Below are positions 1 through 15,237 of a DNA stretch of 64,000 nt, piece after piece (the stretch's first letter is position 1; each line of letters starts with the position of its first letter). The translations under genes and the position numbers were made by a program. The notes beneath the pieces are model-generated. The model had not been told where the DNA came from. It made no database searches and worked only from the letters and a program-made list of their open reading frames with translations. The DNA comes from the human T2T-CHM13v2.0 reference genome, Homo sapiens, in assembly GCF_009914755.1 (NCBI RefSeq), contig NC_060935.1, one strand, 5' to 3'.

Positions 1-290
1 TCACGCTTGTAATCCCCGCACTTTGGGAGGCCAAGGCGGGTGGATCATCTGAGGTCAGGAGTTTGAGATCAGCCTGACCAATAAGGTGAAACCCTGTCTC
101 TACTAAAAATACAAAAATTAGCTGGGCATGGTGGCAGGCACCTGTAATACTGCTACTTGGAAGGCTGGGACAGGAGAATTGCTTGAACCCGGGAGGCGGA
201 GGATGCAGTAAGCTGAGATTGTACCACTGCACTCCAGCCTGGGTGACAGAGCAAGACTCTGTCTCAAAATAAAAAAGAAAAAAAAAAAGA
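1..290 (+). mobile_element. Alu (S-type), cut by window start
   Basis: Alu consensus with A-rich linker and tail. Confidence 0.95.
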
Positions 291-509
291 AAATCTCTAA
301 AATTGCATGCAAAATTCTATGTGCATTCAGGAGACAGGCTGTGACTTTTGTCAGATTTTCAAAGAGGCCTAAGATCTGAAAGAAGAACCTTTTCCCCAGA
401 TGCTGAAGGAGCTTTAAACAGCGCTGTCAACACAGACTTCTACTGTGAAAAACCATCCCCCTCTAGAATAGAAGTTCCAAGAGGGCAAGAATCAAGGATC
501 TTTACCTAT

Positions 510-830
510 TTTTTTCTTTCTTTCCTTTTTTTTTTTTTTTTTTTTAATTGAGACAGGGTCTTTTTCTGTTGCTCAGGCTAGAGTGCAGTTTTGTGACCGT
601 GGCTCACTGGAGCTTCAAACTCCTGGGCTCAAGCGATCTTCCCACCTCAGCCTCCTGAGCAGCTGGCACCACAGGCATGTGCCACTGTGCCCAACTAATT
701 TTTTTTTTTTTTAGTTGAGACAGTGTCTCACTATTTTACCCAGGCTGGTCTCAACTCCTGGGCTCAAGCAGTCCTCCCACCTGGGCCTCCCAAAGTGCTG
801 GGATTATAGATGTGAGCCCTATGCCTGGCC
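510..830 (-). mobile_element. AluJ-type
   Basis: Poly-T then Alu reverse complement; TSD-like tctttacctatt on both sides. Confidence 0.92.
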
Positions 831-955
831 TCTTTACCTATTCTGTTAATTGATGTATTCCAAGTACCTGGAATGGTGCCTGACACATTCTTGATGTAGG
901 TGTAAAATGACTAAATATAGTCTCAGACAACTGAAACAGTTATGTACATGGTATA

Positions 956-1552
956 TGTATTGGTTATCTATTGCTGAGTAACAAATTATCCCAAAACATA
1001 GTAGCTTAAAACTACATGTATTATACTCTATCTCAGGAGATAGGGTATAGCTTAGCTGAGTGTTCTGTCTCAGGGTCTCTCACAAGCCTGCAAAGCATCA
1101 GCCAGGGCTGCCGTCATCTGAAAGCTCAAGTGGGGAAGGATTTGTCTCCAAGCTCACCCATATGATGAGTGACTCAGTTCCTTGCTGGGTAGAGGCTGCC
1201 CTCAGTTCCTTACCACCACATGGGCCTCTTCATAGGTCAGCTCACAACATGGATGCTTGCTAGCTTGCTTCATCAGAGTAAACAAAGGGAAGGACAAGAC
1301 AGTAAGAAAGTGAGAGAGAGGGAGAGAGAGAGAATGAGAGGAAGATCAAGAGAGGGAAACAAACAAGACAGACTTTACACTCTTGTAATTTAACCTTAGA
1401 AGTAGCATCCCATTACCCTTGCTGTGTTCTGTTTATTAGAAGCAAGTATCCAGGTGTAGTACACACTCAAGGGAGAGGATTATACACAGGCATGAATACC
1501 AGGAAGGAGGGATCATTGGAGGCCCCAGTGATCTTTGAGGTTGCCTACCACA
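956..1552. mobile_element. MLT1-family MaLR solo LTR
   Basis: Ends TGTATTGGTTATCTATTGCTGAGTAACAAATTATCCCAAAAC ... GGTTGCCTACCACA, typical of MLT1; internal GA-rich tract. Confidence 0.8.
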
Positions 1553-1599
1553 AGACATTTACAGAATGTTTTCTCATATAGCATCCAATTCATCTGGGC

Positions 1600-2170
1600 A
1601 CCCAGAGCAGAAGGCACACACCAAATGCCTACATGTCAAGCAGATGATGACAGCGAGGGAAGACATCAGTGATGGGAGGTTTGGCAGACAACTGAGCCTC
1701 TGCCCATCCACCATCAGGCTGTTGCCGAGCAGGAATGCAGGTCAACTGTTGTCAGATCTTCCAAATTTTCTTTTTCTTTTTTTCGAGGCAGGGTCTTGCT
1801 CTGTCTCCCAGGCTAGAGTGCAGTGGTGCAATCTCATTTCACTGTAACCCCTGCCTCCCGGGTTCAAGTGATTCTCATGCCTCAGCATCCTGAGTAGCTG
1901 GAACTAAAGGCATGCACCACCAGCCCAGCTAATTTTTGTATTTTTAGTAGATACGGGGTTTCGCCATGTTGGTCAGGCTGGTCTCCAACTCCTGACCTCG
2001 GGTGATCTACCCACCTCAGCCTCCCAAAGTGCTGGGATTACAGGCGTGAGCCACCGCTTCTGGCCCAAATTTTCAAAAGAAGCTGACATCCTAATTCTTT
2101 GAGACATTCTCTGATTTTTAAAACTGATAAGCAAAAATGCACCTGAGGACTAGCAGTTTATGAATCCTCC
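1600..2170. mobile_element. MER102-like hAT element split by a minus-strand Alu (1771-2064)
   Basis: gttgccgagcaggaatgcaggtcaactgttgtcagatcttcc...aaaagaagctg resembles MER102; Alu TSD ccaaattttc. Confidence 0.55.
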
Positions 2171-2192
2171 CTATGGCAGAAAGTACCTACTT

Positions 2193-2495
2193 GTTTTGTT
2201 TTCTTTTTTTGAGACAGGGTCACACTCTGTCTCCCAGGCTGGAGTAGAGTGGTGCAATCTCAGTTCACTGTAACCTCTGCCTCCTGGGTTCAAGTGATTC
2301 TCGTGCCTCAGCCTCCCAAGTAGCTGGGATTACAGGCGTGCACCACCAGCCCAGCTAATTTTTGCATTTTTAGTAGAGATGGGGTTTTACCATGTTGGCC
2401 GGGCTGGTCTCAAACTCCTGGCCTCAAGTGATCCACCCTCCTCGGCCTCCCAAAGTGCTGGGATTAAAAGCGTGAGCCACCACCCCTGGCCGGCC
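2193..2495 (-). mobile_element. Alu
   Basis: Full-length Alu reverse complement. Confidence 0.95.
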
Positions 2496-3510
2496 TAATT
2501 GTTATTTCTTATACCCTTTTATGTGTGTTCCAGCCCTCCTACTGTCCACTCCACCCCCATCCCACTTGCTCATAGGGATCTAACTCACTTTGGGCGCTTT
2601 CCACAGCTCTTCACATGTAGCAGGCCAACAATATTGTTGAATGAAATATGAAACTCGACACATATCTCACTAGGGACCATTTCCCCCAGTCCTAGAGCAG
2701 TGGTTAAAAGTGGCCTCTGGTGTCTAAGTTAGAATCCTGGCTGGACAACTTGCATGCTGCATGAACTTAGGCAAGTTACTAGCTTTTGAGAGCCTCAGCT
2801 TCTTCAGCTGGGAACGATTGTACCTGCCTTACAGAGTTGTTAGATGGATTAGCTGAAATAATACACGTGAAGAATTTAGCACAGAGCTTAGCACACAATA
2901 GCAACCCAACAAATGATTTACTGTCACTCACATCGTCCCCTTTCTCTCCTCACTGGCTTCCTGCCTCATCACCCTTTAGTGCTTTATCTTCCATCTTCTG
3001 CCACTGTCTACCTGGCTGGCAGCTCGAGTGAGCCACCAAAACGCAAACGTGTCATTGTCACTGAACGATTTAAACTCTTCAATAGTTTGCTGTTGTCCTT
3101 AGTAGGAGAAAATCCAAACTCCTTATCACAGTTCACCAAGCTCTTTTGGAGCAAAATCTGCCCAGCCTCCAAGCCTCATCTTCACCTCTCTTCACACCCA
3201 GCACTCCAGCCACACTGAAGCTGAAGCTCTCCTTTCCTGAATGCTCCACCTCCACACTTACGCCACTTCAACAAAGCCTTTGCAAGTGCCATTGCCTCCA
3301 GCTGGAACCTCTAATCCCCACTCCTACCACCCCTTCTAGATGTTCTGGCTATGTGCTAACAGAGAATTCTTGATGTTTCTTGCTAAACCTGAGGGTATGC
3401 ACAATATCGATTTTCCTCACCTGTCCTCTCTTTCAAGAACAAGGCCAGCAAAGAATAGGCAAATGATAAAATGTGCGGAATTGTCCACAGCAGTGCTGAC
3501 CATGAGCAGA

Positions 3511-3542
3511 CGGCGCCACCTGTTGACCAAAATCTGCACTTC
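3511..3542 (-). promoter_or_regulatory. Candidate CTCF site with upstream module
   Basis: Minus strand reads GTGCAGATTT-TGGTCAACAGGTGGCGCCG, close to the CTCF core consensus and preceded by TGCAG. Confidence 0.6.
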
Positions 3543-4255
3543 AGTACCTGGAAAGGAACTTTCTTTCTTTCTACCCTAAAGACTAGTAATGGCTTTGAAG
3601 TTTTCCAGTACATCCGGTATCTTCACCTCCCACCAAACTTAGCAATGAAAAAAGCTAATGTTATTGGATACTCAATGTATGCTAGGCACTCTCCTAAGTG
3701 CTTTGGTTATTAACACGTTTAATTTTTGCAACTACCTAATGAGGTGGGTAACCTTACTGCCATTTTATGATGGGGTAATTGAGGCACAGAGCAGTTAAAA
3801 AGCCTTACTCAAGATCACACTGCTAGAAAATTTCAGTAGAAACTCAAAGTTAAGCAGTCTGGCTTGAACCTGCACTCACAAGCCCCAAACTCACTGCCTC
3901 TATTCTGTCTCCTTTACTCCAATGACCTAGTTACATCCCAGACACTTCTACCAGGAAGGCCCACTTTGAAGGTACTCTGTCACAGTGGCACTGGTGTCAA
4001 CCACAGTCCCATCTGGAGACAGCAAACGCAGCAGTCAGGTCTGGCCTCCATGGTATTGTTCTGCTTGTGTGACCTCCAGCAAGCTTGCTCCAGCAAGCAA
4101 CTTACTTCTTAAATCCTCAGCTTGCTCATCTGTAAAACAGGATTAGTCAGGGGGCTAACCCTATTTTACAGATGCGGAAGCTAAAGCACACAAAAGTGAC
4201 AGGTGCAGGGCCACACAAAAAGCAGCAGACAGCAGGCAAACCTAAGCTGTCTTAC

Positions 4256-4545
4256 TTTTTTTTGAGATGGAGTCTCACTCTGTTGCCCAGGCTGGAGGAC
4301 AGTGGCACAATCTCAGCTCATGCAACCTCCGCCTCCTGGGTTCAAGCGATTCTCCTGCCTCAGCCTCCTGAGTAGCTGGGATTACAGGCACCCGCCACTA
4401 CACCCAGCTAATTTTTGTATTTTTAGTAGAGACGGGGTTTTGCCATGTTGGCCAGGCTGGTCTTGAACTCCTGACCTCAAGTGATCCACCCACCTCAGCC
4501 TCCCAAAGTGCTGAGATTACAGGCATGAGCCACCTTGCCCGGCCT
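4256..4545 (-). mobile_element. AluS
   Basis: Full-length; TSD ctgtcttact. Confidence 0.95.
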
Positions 4546-4661
4546 GTCTTACTCTTAAACACTCATTAATCTCCCTCTGCTGGTAGGGGCTGTGTCTGTT
4601 TTCTTTACTCTCAAATGCCAAGCACACTGCTTTGCACATAGTAGGTGTCAACAAACTTGTT

Positions 4662-4693
<32 letters not shown>

Positions 4694-4705
4694 CATACAC
4701 ACACA
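4662..4705. repeat. (TA)n(CA)n microsatellite at the 3' end of an L2 remnant
   Basis: Direct reading; preceded by L2-like gcacatagtaggtgtcaacaaa. Confidence 0.9.
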
Positions 4706-4831
4706 GTCACATTCCAGTGTGACAAATACTCCTTCACCAGGAGACAGCGCTACCACTCCGGGATCTTGAAGACTCTCTACAGAGAGCCTAGGCCTGGCAG
4801 TCTTCACAGATGACACCCAACAGGGAGCACG

Positions 4832-4837
4832 TTTATT
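4832..4837 (-). terminator. TIMM10 proximal polyadenylation signal AATAAA
   Basis: tttatt on plus strand, 50 nt past the stop codon. Confidence 0.65.
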
Positions 4838-4886
4838 AAAGTGGGAAGGGGTGGGGTACACCCCAGGGTGTATACTGACAGGGACC

Positions 4887-5088
4887 TCATGCAGGCCCAG
4901 AGCTCTGCTGCACCCTCTTCATCAGCTCTTCATCCTGCATAGACAACTCTGTCAACTTTTTGCCCATCCGCTCATGGATGTCCAGGTACTTAGAGACACA
5001 TCGGTCCAGGCACACAGACTCGCCCTTGGAGAGCTCTGCTTCCTTGTAGTGAGGAGGCACACACTTCCGGTGGCAGGCACTGGTCATT
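4887..5088 (-). CDS. TIMM10: TIMM10 last coding exon (mitochondrial small Tim chaperone Tim10)
   Basis: Acceptor ccctccag|A ATG ACC. Encodes [36 protein letters not shown]...SSGPA*, with twin CX3C motifs. 202 nt; with the upstream exon gives 90 aa. Confidence 0.98.
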
Positions 5089-6288
5089 CTGGAGGGAGGG
5101 AGGGGCAAGGTCATGTCAGCAGCATCCTGTGACATCCCAGGAACCTTGACCATTCCAGCCCTGCTATATTGATTTCACCTCCCCCAAGAAAGCAGTGTAA
5201 ATCCTCAGTTTACACCTCAACCACTGGAAGGTCCTTGCAAGTAGGAAACTTGTCTAAGTCCATGTATATGACTAACTAAGTAGAAACCATTTGTTGAGGA
5301 CTGGCTACATGCCAGGCATCCTGCTAAGTGCTTTACCTGCATTCTGTTATGCAATGCTTACAATAACCCTAAGAGACATGTATCCCCATTTTACAGATGA
5401 GGAAATTAAGGCAAACAGAGGCTCAGTAATTTTCTAAGGATCACACAGAGCTGGGTTATGAAGCCAGGTCATCTGACCTCACAGTCTACACTTAAAAATC
5501 CTTCTAATTTATAGCCTTCAGGATAAACCAACCAATCAAGAGAGCTTAAGCCAATAAAAATAGCAGACATTTCACTAAGTGTTGGGCTTGAGGCTAAGGG
5601 CTTTCATATATTTTTAGATTTAATATTTATGATGTCCTATGAGGTAGGTATCATTATGTCTTCTTCATAATGAGGAAACCAATTGTCAAACAGTGCAAGT
5701 AACATGTCCAATTATACTGCTGGTGATTGGTGGAGCCAGGATTTGTTCCCAAATTTGCCAAATGGTTATGAGCACTAGTTGCAGAATCAGACTGAGGTGC
5801 TAGTTCTGGCATTGTTACTGACCAGCTGCCGACCCTAAGGAAGTTACTTAACCTCTAGAATCATCAATTTCCTCATTTTAAGACGGGACTAATAAAATTA
5901 ACCCACTGGATTATTTTGAAGATTAACAAGTGCCTGACACAGAATAAAGGGTTTTAAAATGTTAACTACTAAATGGGCTGGCTATGTGCTATTTGTCAAG
6001 AGGCAAATACTCAGCTTTTCTTGGAACCTAACCAGAGCCTGGATTGGAGTTTCTCTTCCTGCTTGGCTCCTGCATTGCCAGTTCCATCCCCATCTAAATG
6101 CCCAACTCATTCTAGTGACCCTTTACTGCATCTACATTAGGATCAACCTTGAAGGTGGGTGTGGGGAGGGTAAGCATGGGCCTCAGGCTCCCCTACATTC
6201 AGGAAGGAATTTGTCATAAGTCATTCACCTTCGATAAGGGTGACCAAGACTTATTTTCCAAGACAGGGTAGCACATAGTTCTCTTTAC

Positions 6289-6359
6289 CTGTTGTACATA
6301 TCGGCCATCATCTCCACCTCCAGCTCCGCAGCCAGCTGTTGGGCCCTGAGAGGATCCAT
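6289..6359 (-). CDS. TIMM10: TIMM10 first coding exon
   Basis: ATG at 6359 encodes MDPLRAQQLAAELEVEMMADMYN + AG|GTAAAG donor. Phase 2 matches the next exon (Arg AG|A). Likely acceptor ctcccag at 6405-6406. Confidence 0.97.
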
Positions 6360-6429
6360 CTCAGCCTAGCACCGTGGAAGGGATCTCCTTCTGGCCTCCT
6401 AATCCTGGGAGCAGACATCACCATCAGCA

Positions 6430-7320
6430 CCCACCGCCGCCGTTCACTCTCCTACCCCTGGGGCTAGAGGATACAGAGGACTCACAGGGCGCCAGACCAC
6501 CACGGGCCACTAACCTCAGTGAGCTTAACCACCCCATTTCACGGATGTGGAAACTGAGGCCTAGCCCAAGGTCGCACAGGACGTCTATGGCGAGCCTGGA
6601 AATCGAGCCCCGGATCTCTGATGCCCCAGTTCCTGGAGGTCACCTCTATTCAGGAGATCGAGGACCGGAGGAGAACTCTCTAACCCACGAACCTGAACCT
6701 CCAGGGCCCTGGGAATGGGATCATACGCTGAACAGAGGCGACCGGGACCCAGCCCAAAGGCTACACCTCTGAAATGGCGACGCCATCATCAGGGCCACAT
6801 TGAATTCAGAGGTCATGTGTCACTTACCACTGCCTGGGACGGATCACAATGCCCACGGAGACCCCAACTTCTGACAAATACTATAACGTTACCCGCCTCC
6901 CGAGAGGCTCCAGCGGAAGCACGTGGGTTACTTCCGGGAGGAAAGTCCCGCCTCTTCTTTGATTCAAACTCGCTTCCGGAATTAAATACCAACGAGACGG
7001 CGCCGGGAACTCGGCGATCATAGAGAGGGAGCGGCTGGCGCCGGGCGAAGAGGAAGGCGACTTGCCAGTGCTAGAGAGGACACCAAAGTACCATAGAAGC
7101 TTGGGCGGGGTGCAGAGCGTCTGCAGCCCGATCAGAATTCAAGTCCTTTGGGATGTCACCGAGCGGCTTCAGTTTATTGGTTCTGTAGGAAGAGGCGTGG
7201 CGACAGACACCTGTGAACCTCACCCCCGTTCCAGACAGCCGACTCCTGTGCGCAAATCAGGCGTGGAGAAGGAAGAACGCCCCCAAACAGCGGTTCTGTT
7301 TTTGTTTCGCGTTAAAATCA
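6430..7320. promoter_or_regulatory. CpG-island promoter of TIMM10
   Basis: CpG-rich. ETS/GABP cores CGGAAG 6914-6919, ACTTCCGG 6930-6937, CTTCCGG 6973-6979. E-box CACGTG 6920-6925. Inverted YY1 cores ATGGCG-A-CGCCAT 6774-6786. Typical of nuclear-encoded mitochondrial genes. Confidence 0.85.
6828..6935 (-). other. TIMM10: TIMM10 non-coding exon 1 (5' boundary approximate)
   Basis: Consensus donor CAGTG|GTAAGTG at 6827, inside the CpG island and just downstream of ETS motifs. Confidence 0.75.
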
Positions 7321-7473
7321 CCTGGAACGTTTTTAAACATCCCAGTGCCCAGGACTCACCTCATTTCAATTAAATCAGAATCTCTGGGAGTACAGTTTAA
7401 AATTCCTCAGGCAGCAATACAATTTAAAATTCCCCAGGTGATTCGTATGTACAGCCAAATTTGAGAAGCAGTG
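7288..7473. mobile_element. MER5-family DNA transposon remnant
   Basis: aatcacctgg...aaatcagaatctctgg...ccccaggtgattc...tttgagaagcagtg; internal 27-bp-period duplication at 7391-7438. Confidence 0.75.
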
Positions 7474-7999
7474 CTCCACGGGACGTTGTGCGATTACTGC
7501 TGTGTGTAGGTCACACTAAGCCCCGTCTGGGGTTGCAAAGATAAGCGAGATAGGCTTCCTGTTCGCAGAAAGACAAGACGTGTAAAATATGTTTTCTTCA
7601 ACAGTTAGAGGTCCTCAGCCACAAAGAGATAATAAAAGCAATTTCGGCTGCCACCAGGGCTAATCTTGGGTGAGGGAAAGAAGGGTACTGGTGAACTTTC
7701 CAACTTTCAAGACTTAATGTGTTCTTCAAACTGCACCATTCACTCATTCCCCACTAAAAAGAAGGAAACAAGGAAACAATACTCAGTCCCTTGATTTGTC
7801 ACACAATTTCCTGGTAAAATAAATTTACAAGATGTAAATTAATGACGCAAGGGCACATTGCCCATTGGAAAAGGTGGGCTAGACATTTTCTGTGTGGTCA
7901 TCATAAGCTTCCCTAATTGTCCAAGACCATCCTAATTTTAAACAATTGACCTTTCTACTGCTTTGAAGACTCATCTTTGCCAAACTTGTGCCCTGATTT

Positions 8000-11310
<3,311 letters not shown>

Positions 11311-12766
11311 CTTATTGATGATGATGCTATTGTTATTATGATTATTTACTATGAGACTGTGTCTTTCCTCTATGTGGAGACCTACAGGTAGGAATCTCCA
11401 ATGGTCCCAGTTGAATTGCTTCTTGTAGAAGACAGTTTAGATAGCCTCAGACTTTGAAGATATCCTTAGACTCCAGATATGTCATCCAAAGCTACTGATC
11501 TCTGTCAACACCATGCTGAAACTCTGGCTCCTCATTCTACCCTGCATTCTACCCCTTCCCAACCTTGCAAAGGTGAGTTGTATATTTGTCATTCATCGTG
11601 GGTCAGTATTGTCCTCTTGGGTGGGACCCCAGCCCCAGAAGAAGAGATGCAGAGTTTTCATCTAGAATCACTTCAAGTGGGCCCTGACCACTCATGAGAG
11701 GTGCAGAGAATACAAAAACAGAGGTTTCCTGTAACCTCCCTTGTGATGAAATGGCTTACGTCATTCTATTCACTTGAAGAAAAAGCTGGCCCTGGCTTAA
11801 TCACTGTCTGCACTATTACTGTTTCCCATCACTTCTTCTTACCTCCATGGCTGATACTGTGGTCCAAGCCACCACCATCCTGCACCAGGGTCACTGAGTT
11901 TGTCTCCTGACTGCTCTCCCCACTTCTATCCATGCTTCTTCACTTTATTCTCAAAACAGCATCCATCCAGAGTATATCTGCCCAAGATTGGCGAGTTTTT
12001 CCACATCTCTCTCTGGCTTGCTGGTTTTTTGTTTAAATTCATTTCTCTTATCCTACTGTCATTAGATATTGAAAAGAGCAAAATACTCTGGGCATGGTGG
12101 CTCATGCCTATAATCCCAGCCGGGTTTCAAGTATTACTAGAGCCGGCTGGCAACCATTAATATTGGACTATTTCATGACTAGTACCCAAACCTAGATGCA
12201 CAGAAAGATCTCTCTTTCAGATCATCCCGGGCAAGACCTCCAAGTTCCTGTCATATTTCTGTTAATTAATTAGTTATTTCATTCAGTATGTATTTATCAA
12301 GTACCTAATATGAGCCAGGCAATTCTGCTGGGATCTAGGCATACAGCCATGAGTATGGTAGATAAAATCCCTGCCCTCATGGAGCTTAAAGCCTAGTGAG
12401 AGAGTCAGATAATAAGGAAATGAATAAGGTAATTTTAGATTTAGTATTATGAGGACAATAAAAACTGCTGAAATGAGGGAGAGGAATTGAAGGTCATGGA
12501 AAACCTCTCTGAGGGAATGAAATTTCAGCTAAGTCCAGAAGAATGAGAGGGAGGCAGTCTTACAAAGAGTAGAAGGAAAAACCAGTCCTGAGTCTGAAAA
12601 GGGATGGATTTATTTAAGGAATAGGAAGGAGGCCAGTGTGGCCCAGTGGTGGGGCTTGGGGTAGGAGGACTGGGGGGGATCCCAAGCTTCGTGGGAGTGT
12701 CCTCTGCACCCATTCTCCAAAAGTAGTGCCTTTCTTAGATTGTAAAACACACAGAGAAAGTGAAGA

Positions 12767-13045
12767 CTTTTTTTTGAGATGGAGTCTCTGTCACCCAAGC
12801 TGGAGTGCAGTGACTTGCTGCAACCTCTGCCTCCCAGGTTCAAGCAGTTCTCGTGCCTCAGCCTCCCAAGTAGCTGAGATTACAGGCATGCGCCACCAAG
12901 CCCGGCCAATTTTTGTATTTGTAGTAGAGACAGGGTTTCACCCTGTTGACCATGCTGTTCTTGAACTCCTGGCTTCAAGCAATCCACCCGCCTCGGCTGC
13001 CCAAAGTGCTGGGATTACAGGCATGAGCCACCATGCCCAGGCTTG
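12767..13045 (-). mobile_element. Alu
   Basis: Alu reverse complement. Confidence 0.93.
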
Positions 13046-13259
13046 TTTTGTTTTTTTCTTAGCAAAATGTCAGTTCAGTATAAAAATGTGTTCAGAGCCT
13101 ACTGTGTACCTGTCACTTCAGCTCAAAATAGAACTCAGGAGTTTTGTATTTTCCAGGCTCCGTCCAGTGATCCGTCAGCTTGTCCCATCACTTTTGCCCT
13201 CTCTGCCCCTCCCCCTCCAAATCTCTCAGTCAACTGTGAGCCCCAAGACACATCCCCTG

Positions 13260-13770
13260 TGTTGGCAGCTGCCCTACTCGCCCCCTCCTTAGCCCAGCCT
13301 TAAGCAGCTGCTTTTGTCTGAGGACGAGGGAAAGGGGCTATGTAAGGAACGTGGCGGGGTGGGTGTGAAGGGAGCACAAGAGGCCTCGCCTGGGCTCTGG
13401 ATGAGCAGTGGAGGCCAGGGCCATGCTCTAAATGAGTCCTGAAGATGGTTGTCAAGGTCCCTAGGGTTAGGAGAGTCCACTGGGGAGAAAGATGACCACA
13501 GGACGGATGCTGCCAGGCTCAGGGCGGAAGGGACGTGCCGTGATTGAAAGGTGCCACCTGTCAGATCTTCCACGGGAAATCCGAGCCTCCCAGTCTAGGG
13601 TAAAGTGTTGTACCAACAGGCCAGTAAACAATGCTCTTCAGGCAGCCCAAGACTCTTGAAGTGGGGGTGGGGTGGAAGAGGGAGAGGAAGGGGGGAGGCG
13701 GGACCAAAGAGCTGGGGGCTAGAGGCCACTGGGGCTTAAAGGCAGCCTGGGAGTGAGGCCACTCAGCTGG
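13260..13770 (+). promoter_or_regulatory. SMTNL1 promoter with myogenic-type motifs
   Basis: CAGCTG E-boxes 13266, 13305, 13764; CACCTG/CTGTCA 13555-13563; forkhead-like GTAAACA 13624-13630; TATA-like CTTAAA. Confidence 0.55.
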
Positions 13771-13812
13771 AGCAAAGAGACAGCTCCCAAGCCACAGGCA
13801 GAAGCCCCACAG
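13761..13812 (+). other. SMTNL1: SMTNL1 non-coding exon 1 (start approximate)
   Basis: TATA-like CTTAAA 13735-13740 and a GC box upstream; donor CAG|GTAGGA at 13813. Exon 2 opens with an acceptor 2 nt before its ATG, so an upstream exon is required. Confidence 0.7.
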
Positions 13813-14107
13813 GTAGGAGAAGCCCTGGCACCCTTTCTAAGGGTCCCTCCCCATCTGCCAATTCTCACTCCCACTGTCCAAGGGCCAGAGCCTCCCAGGA
13901 GGGCCCCCCATTTGGAGAAATCCAGGCTCCTTTCTAATTCTCTCCACCACAATGTCTACTCTCTTTAGATGCCTGGGGTCTCAGCCCTGCACCAGAGCAC
14001 CTACAGAGCAGACTGCAAGTGGCCATCCACGAGGAGGCCACAGAGCAGGGGAGGGGACCTTGGGAGTCTCAAGAGTCAAACTGGGTTGGGGGGTAGACTG
14101 TCTAAGC

Positions 14108-14332
14108 CAAGCCTGTCCAGCCCACAGGCTACCTGTGGCCCAGGATGGCTTTGAATGTAGCCCAACATGAATTCATAAACTTTCTTAAAACATTATGAGA
14201 TTTTTTTTTTTTTTTGCAATTTTTGTTTTAGCTCATCCACTATCGTTAGTGTTAACGTATTTTACATGTGGCCCAAGACACTTCTACTTCTACCAGTGTG
14301 GCTCAAGGAAGCCAAAAGATTGGATACCCCTA
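14108..14332 (-). mobile_element. MER30 hAT MITE
   Basis: Matches MER30 (ggaagccaaaagattggatacccct end), with a perfect 8-bp TSD GTCTAAGC at 14100-14107 and 14333-14340. Confidence 0.92.
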
Positions 14333-15237
14333 GTCTAAGCAATTGAGGTCGGCCTCTCCAAGGGAGGGCCCCTGGCTGAGTGGGGAAGGTGGAAGCCTTA
14401 GGACAACCAGATGACAGATGAGGCTGCAGTGGGTGGCAGACGCACCACAGAACATCCAGTGTTTATACTACTGGGAGTTTGGATCTTGGGCTCCTGGGTC
14501 CCTTTCCTCCTGGTCTGCCAGAAGAAACAGGAAGAGAGAGGGAGGGGAGATATCTGCAGTGCTGCTTTGGACACAAAACAGGGATGGTTTGGAGACTTCC
14601 TGGGGAAGGAAGGAGGAAGGAAAGGAGAGAATAAGAAAGGAAGGTGGGGGCAGAGAAACTTTCATGAAGGGCCTACTGTGCACCTAGAAGAAAGAGGGAG
14701 GAACTCCTTGGCTGAATCTGACTGCCCTTCCCAACTGGTGGGGTGCCCCCACTCTGGGCCAGGGCCTTTGTAGGGACACTGGGCTGCGGAGCTAGTGGGA
14801 GCATATATTTGATGTGAGCTCTGGAGTGGAAGTTGGGATACTTGGATTCTAGATAGAGAGCCAGGCCACTTGTCCTATAACTTTAGTCAAGGGACTTCAA
14901 CTCCCTGAGCCTGAAATCCCCATTGGCTCCCTAATGGGGCCAATAACCTATTCTGAAGGGTCGGAGCAAGAAATGACCAAGAGAAAGCAGGGCCTCCGCA
15001 GCATAAGCTGTAAACTGCTGTAGGGCTGTGAATGCTGGGGGTGGGTGGTGGCGTCCTGGTTTCTCAGCATTCTGAGCATCTTCACTCCTTTTCTATTTGT
15101 GACAAGCCTGGAGGGTGGAAAGCTGAGGTGATAAACACGCAGGATAGCCGAGGTGTGTGTCCGTGTGCGTGCACCTACCCTTCCCCTCCACCACCCTAAG
15201 TATGCAGCGTGTAGGCAGAAGGAAAGATGGTTAGAGC

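Noticed and set aside
5089-5153. N-terminal MVKVPG... of the 88-aa TIMM10 ORF
   Set aside because: Intronic read-through upstream of the acceptor; the true N-terminus is at 6289-6359.
12636-13292. 218-aa ORF and many similar RWSL/LECSG/WDYR ORFs
   Set aside because: Translations of Alu sequence.
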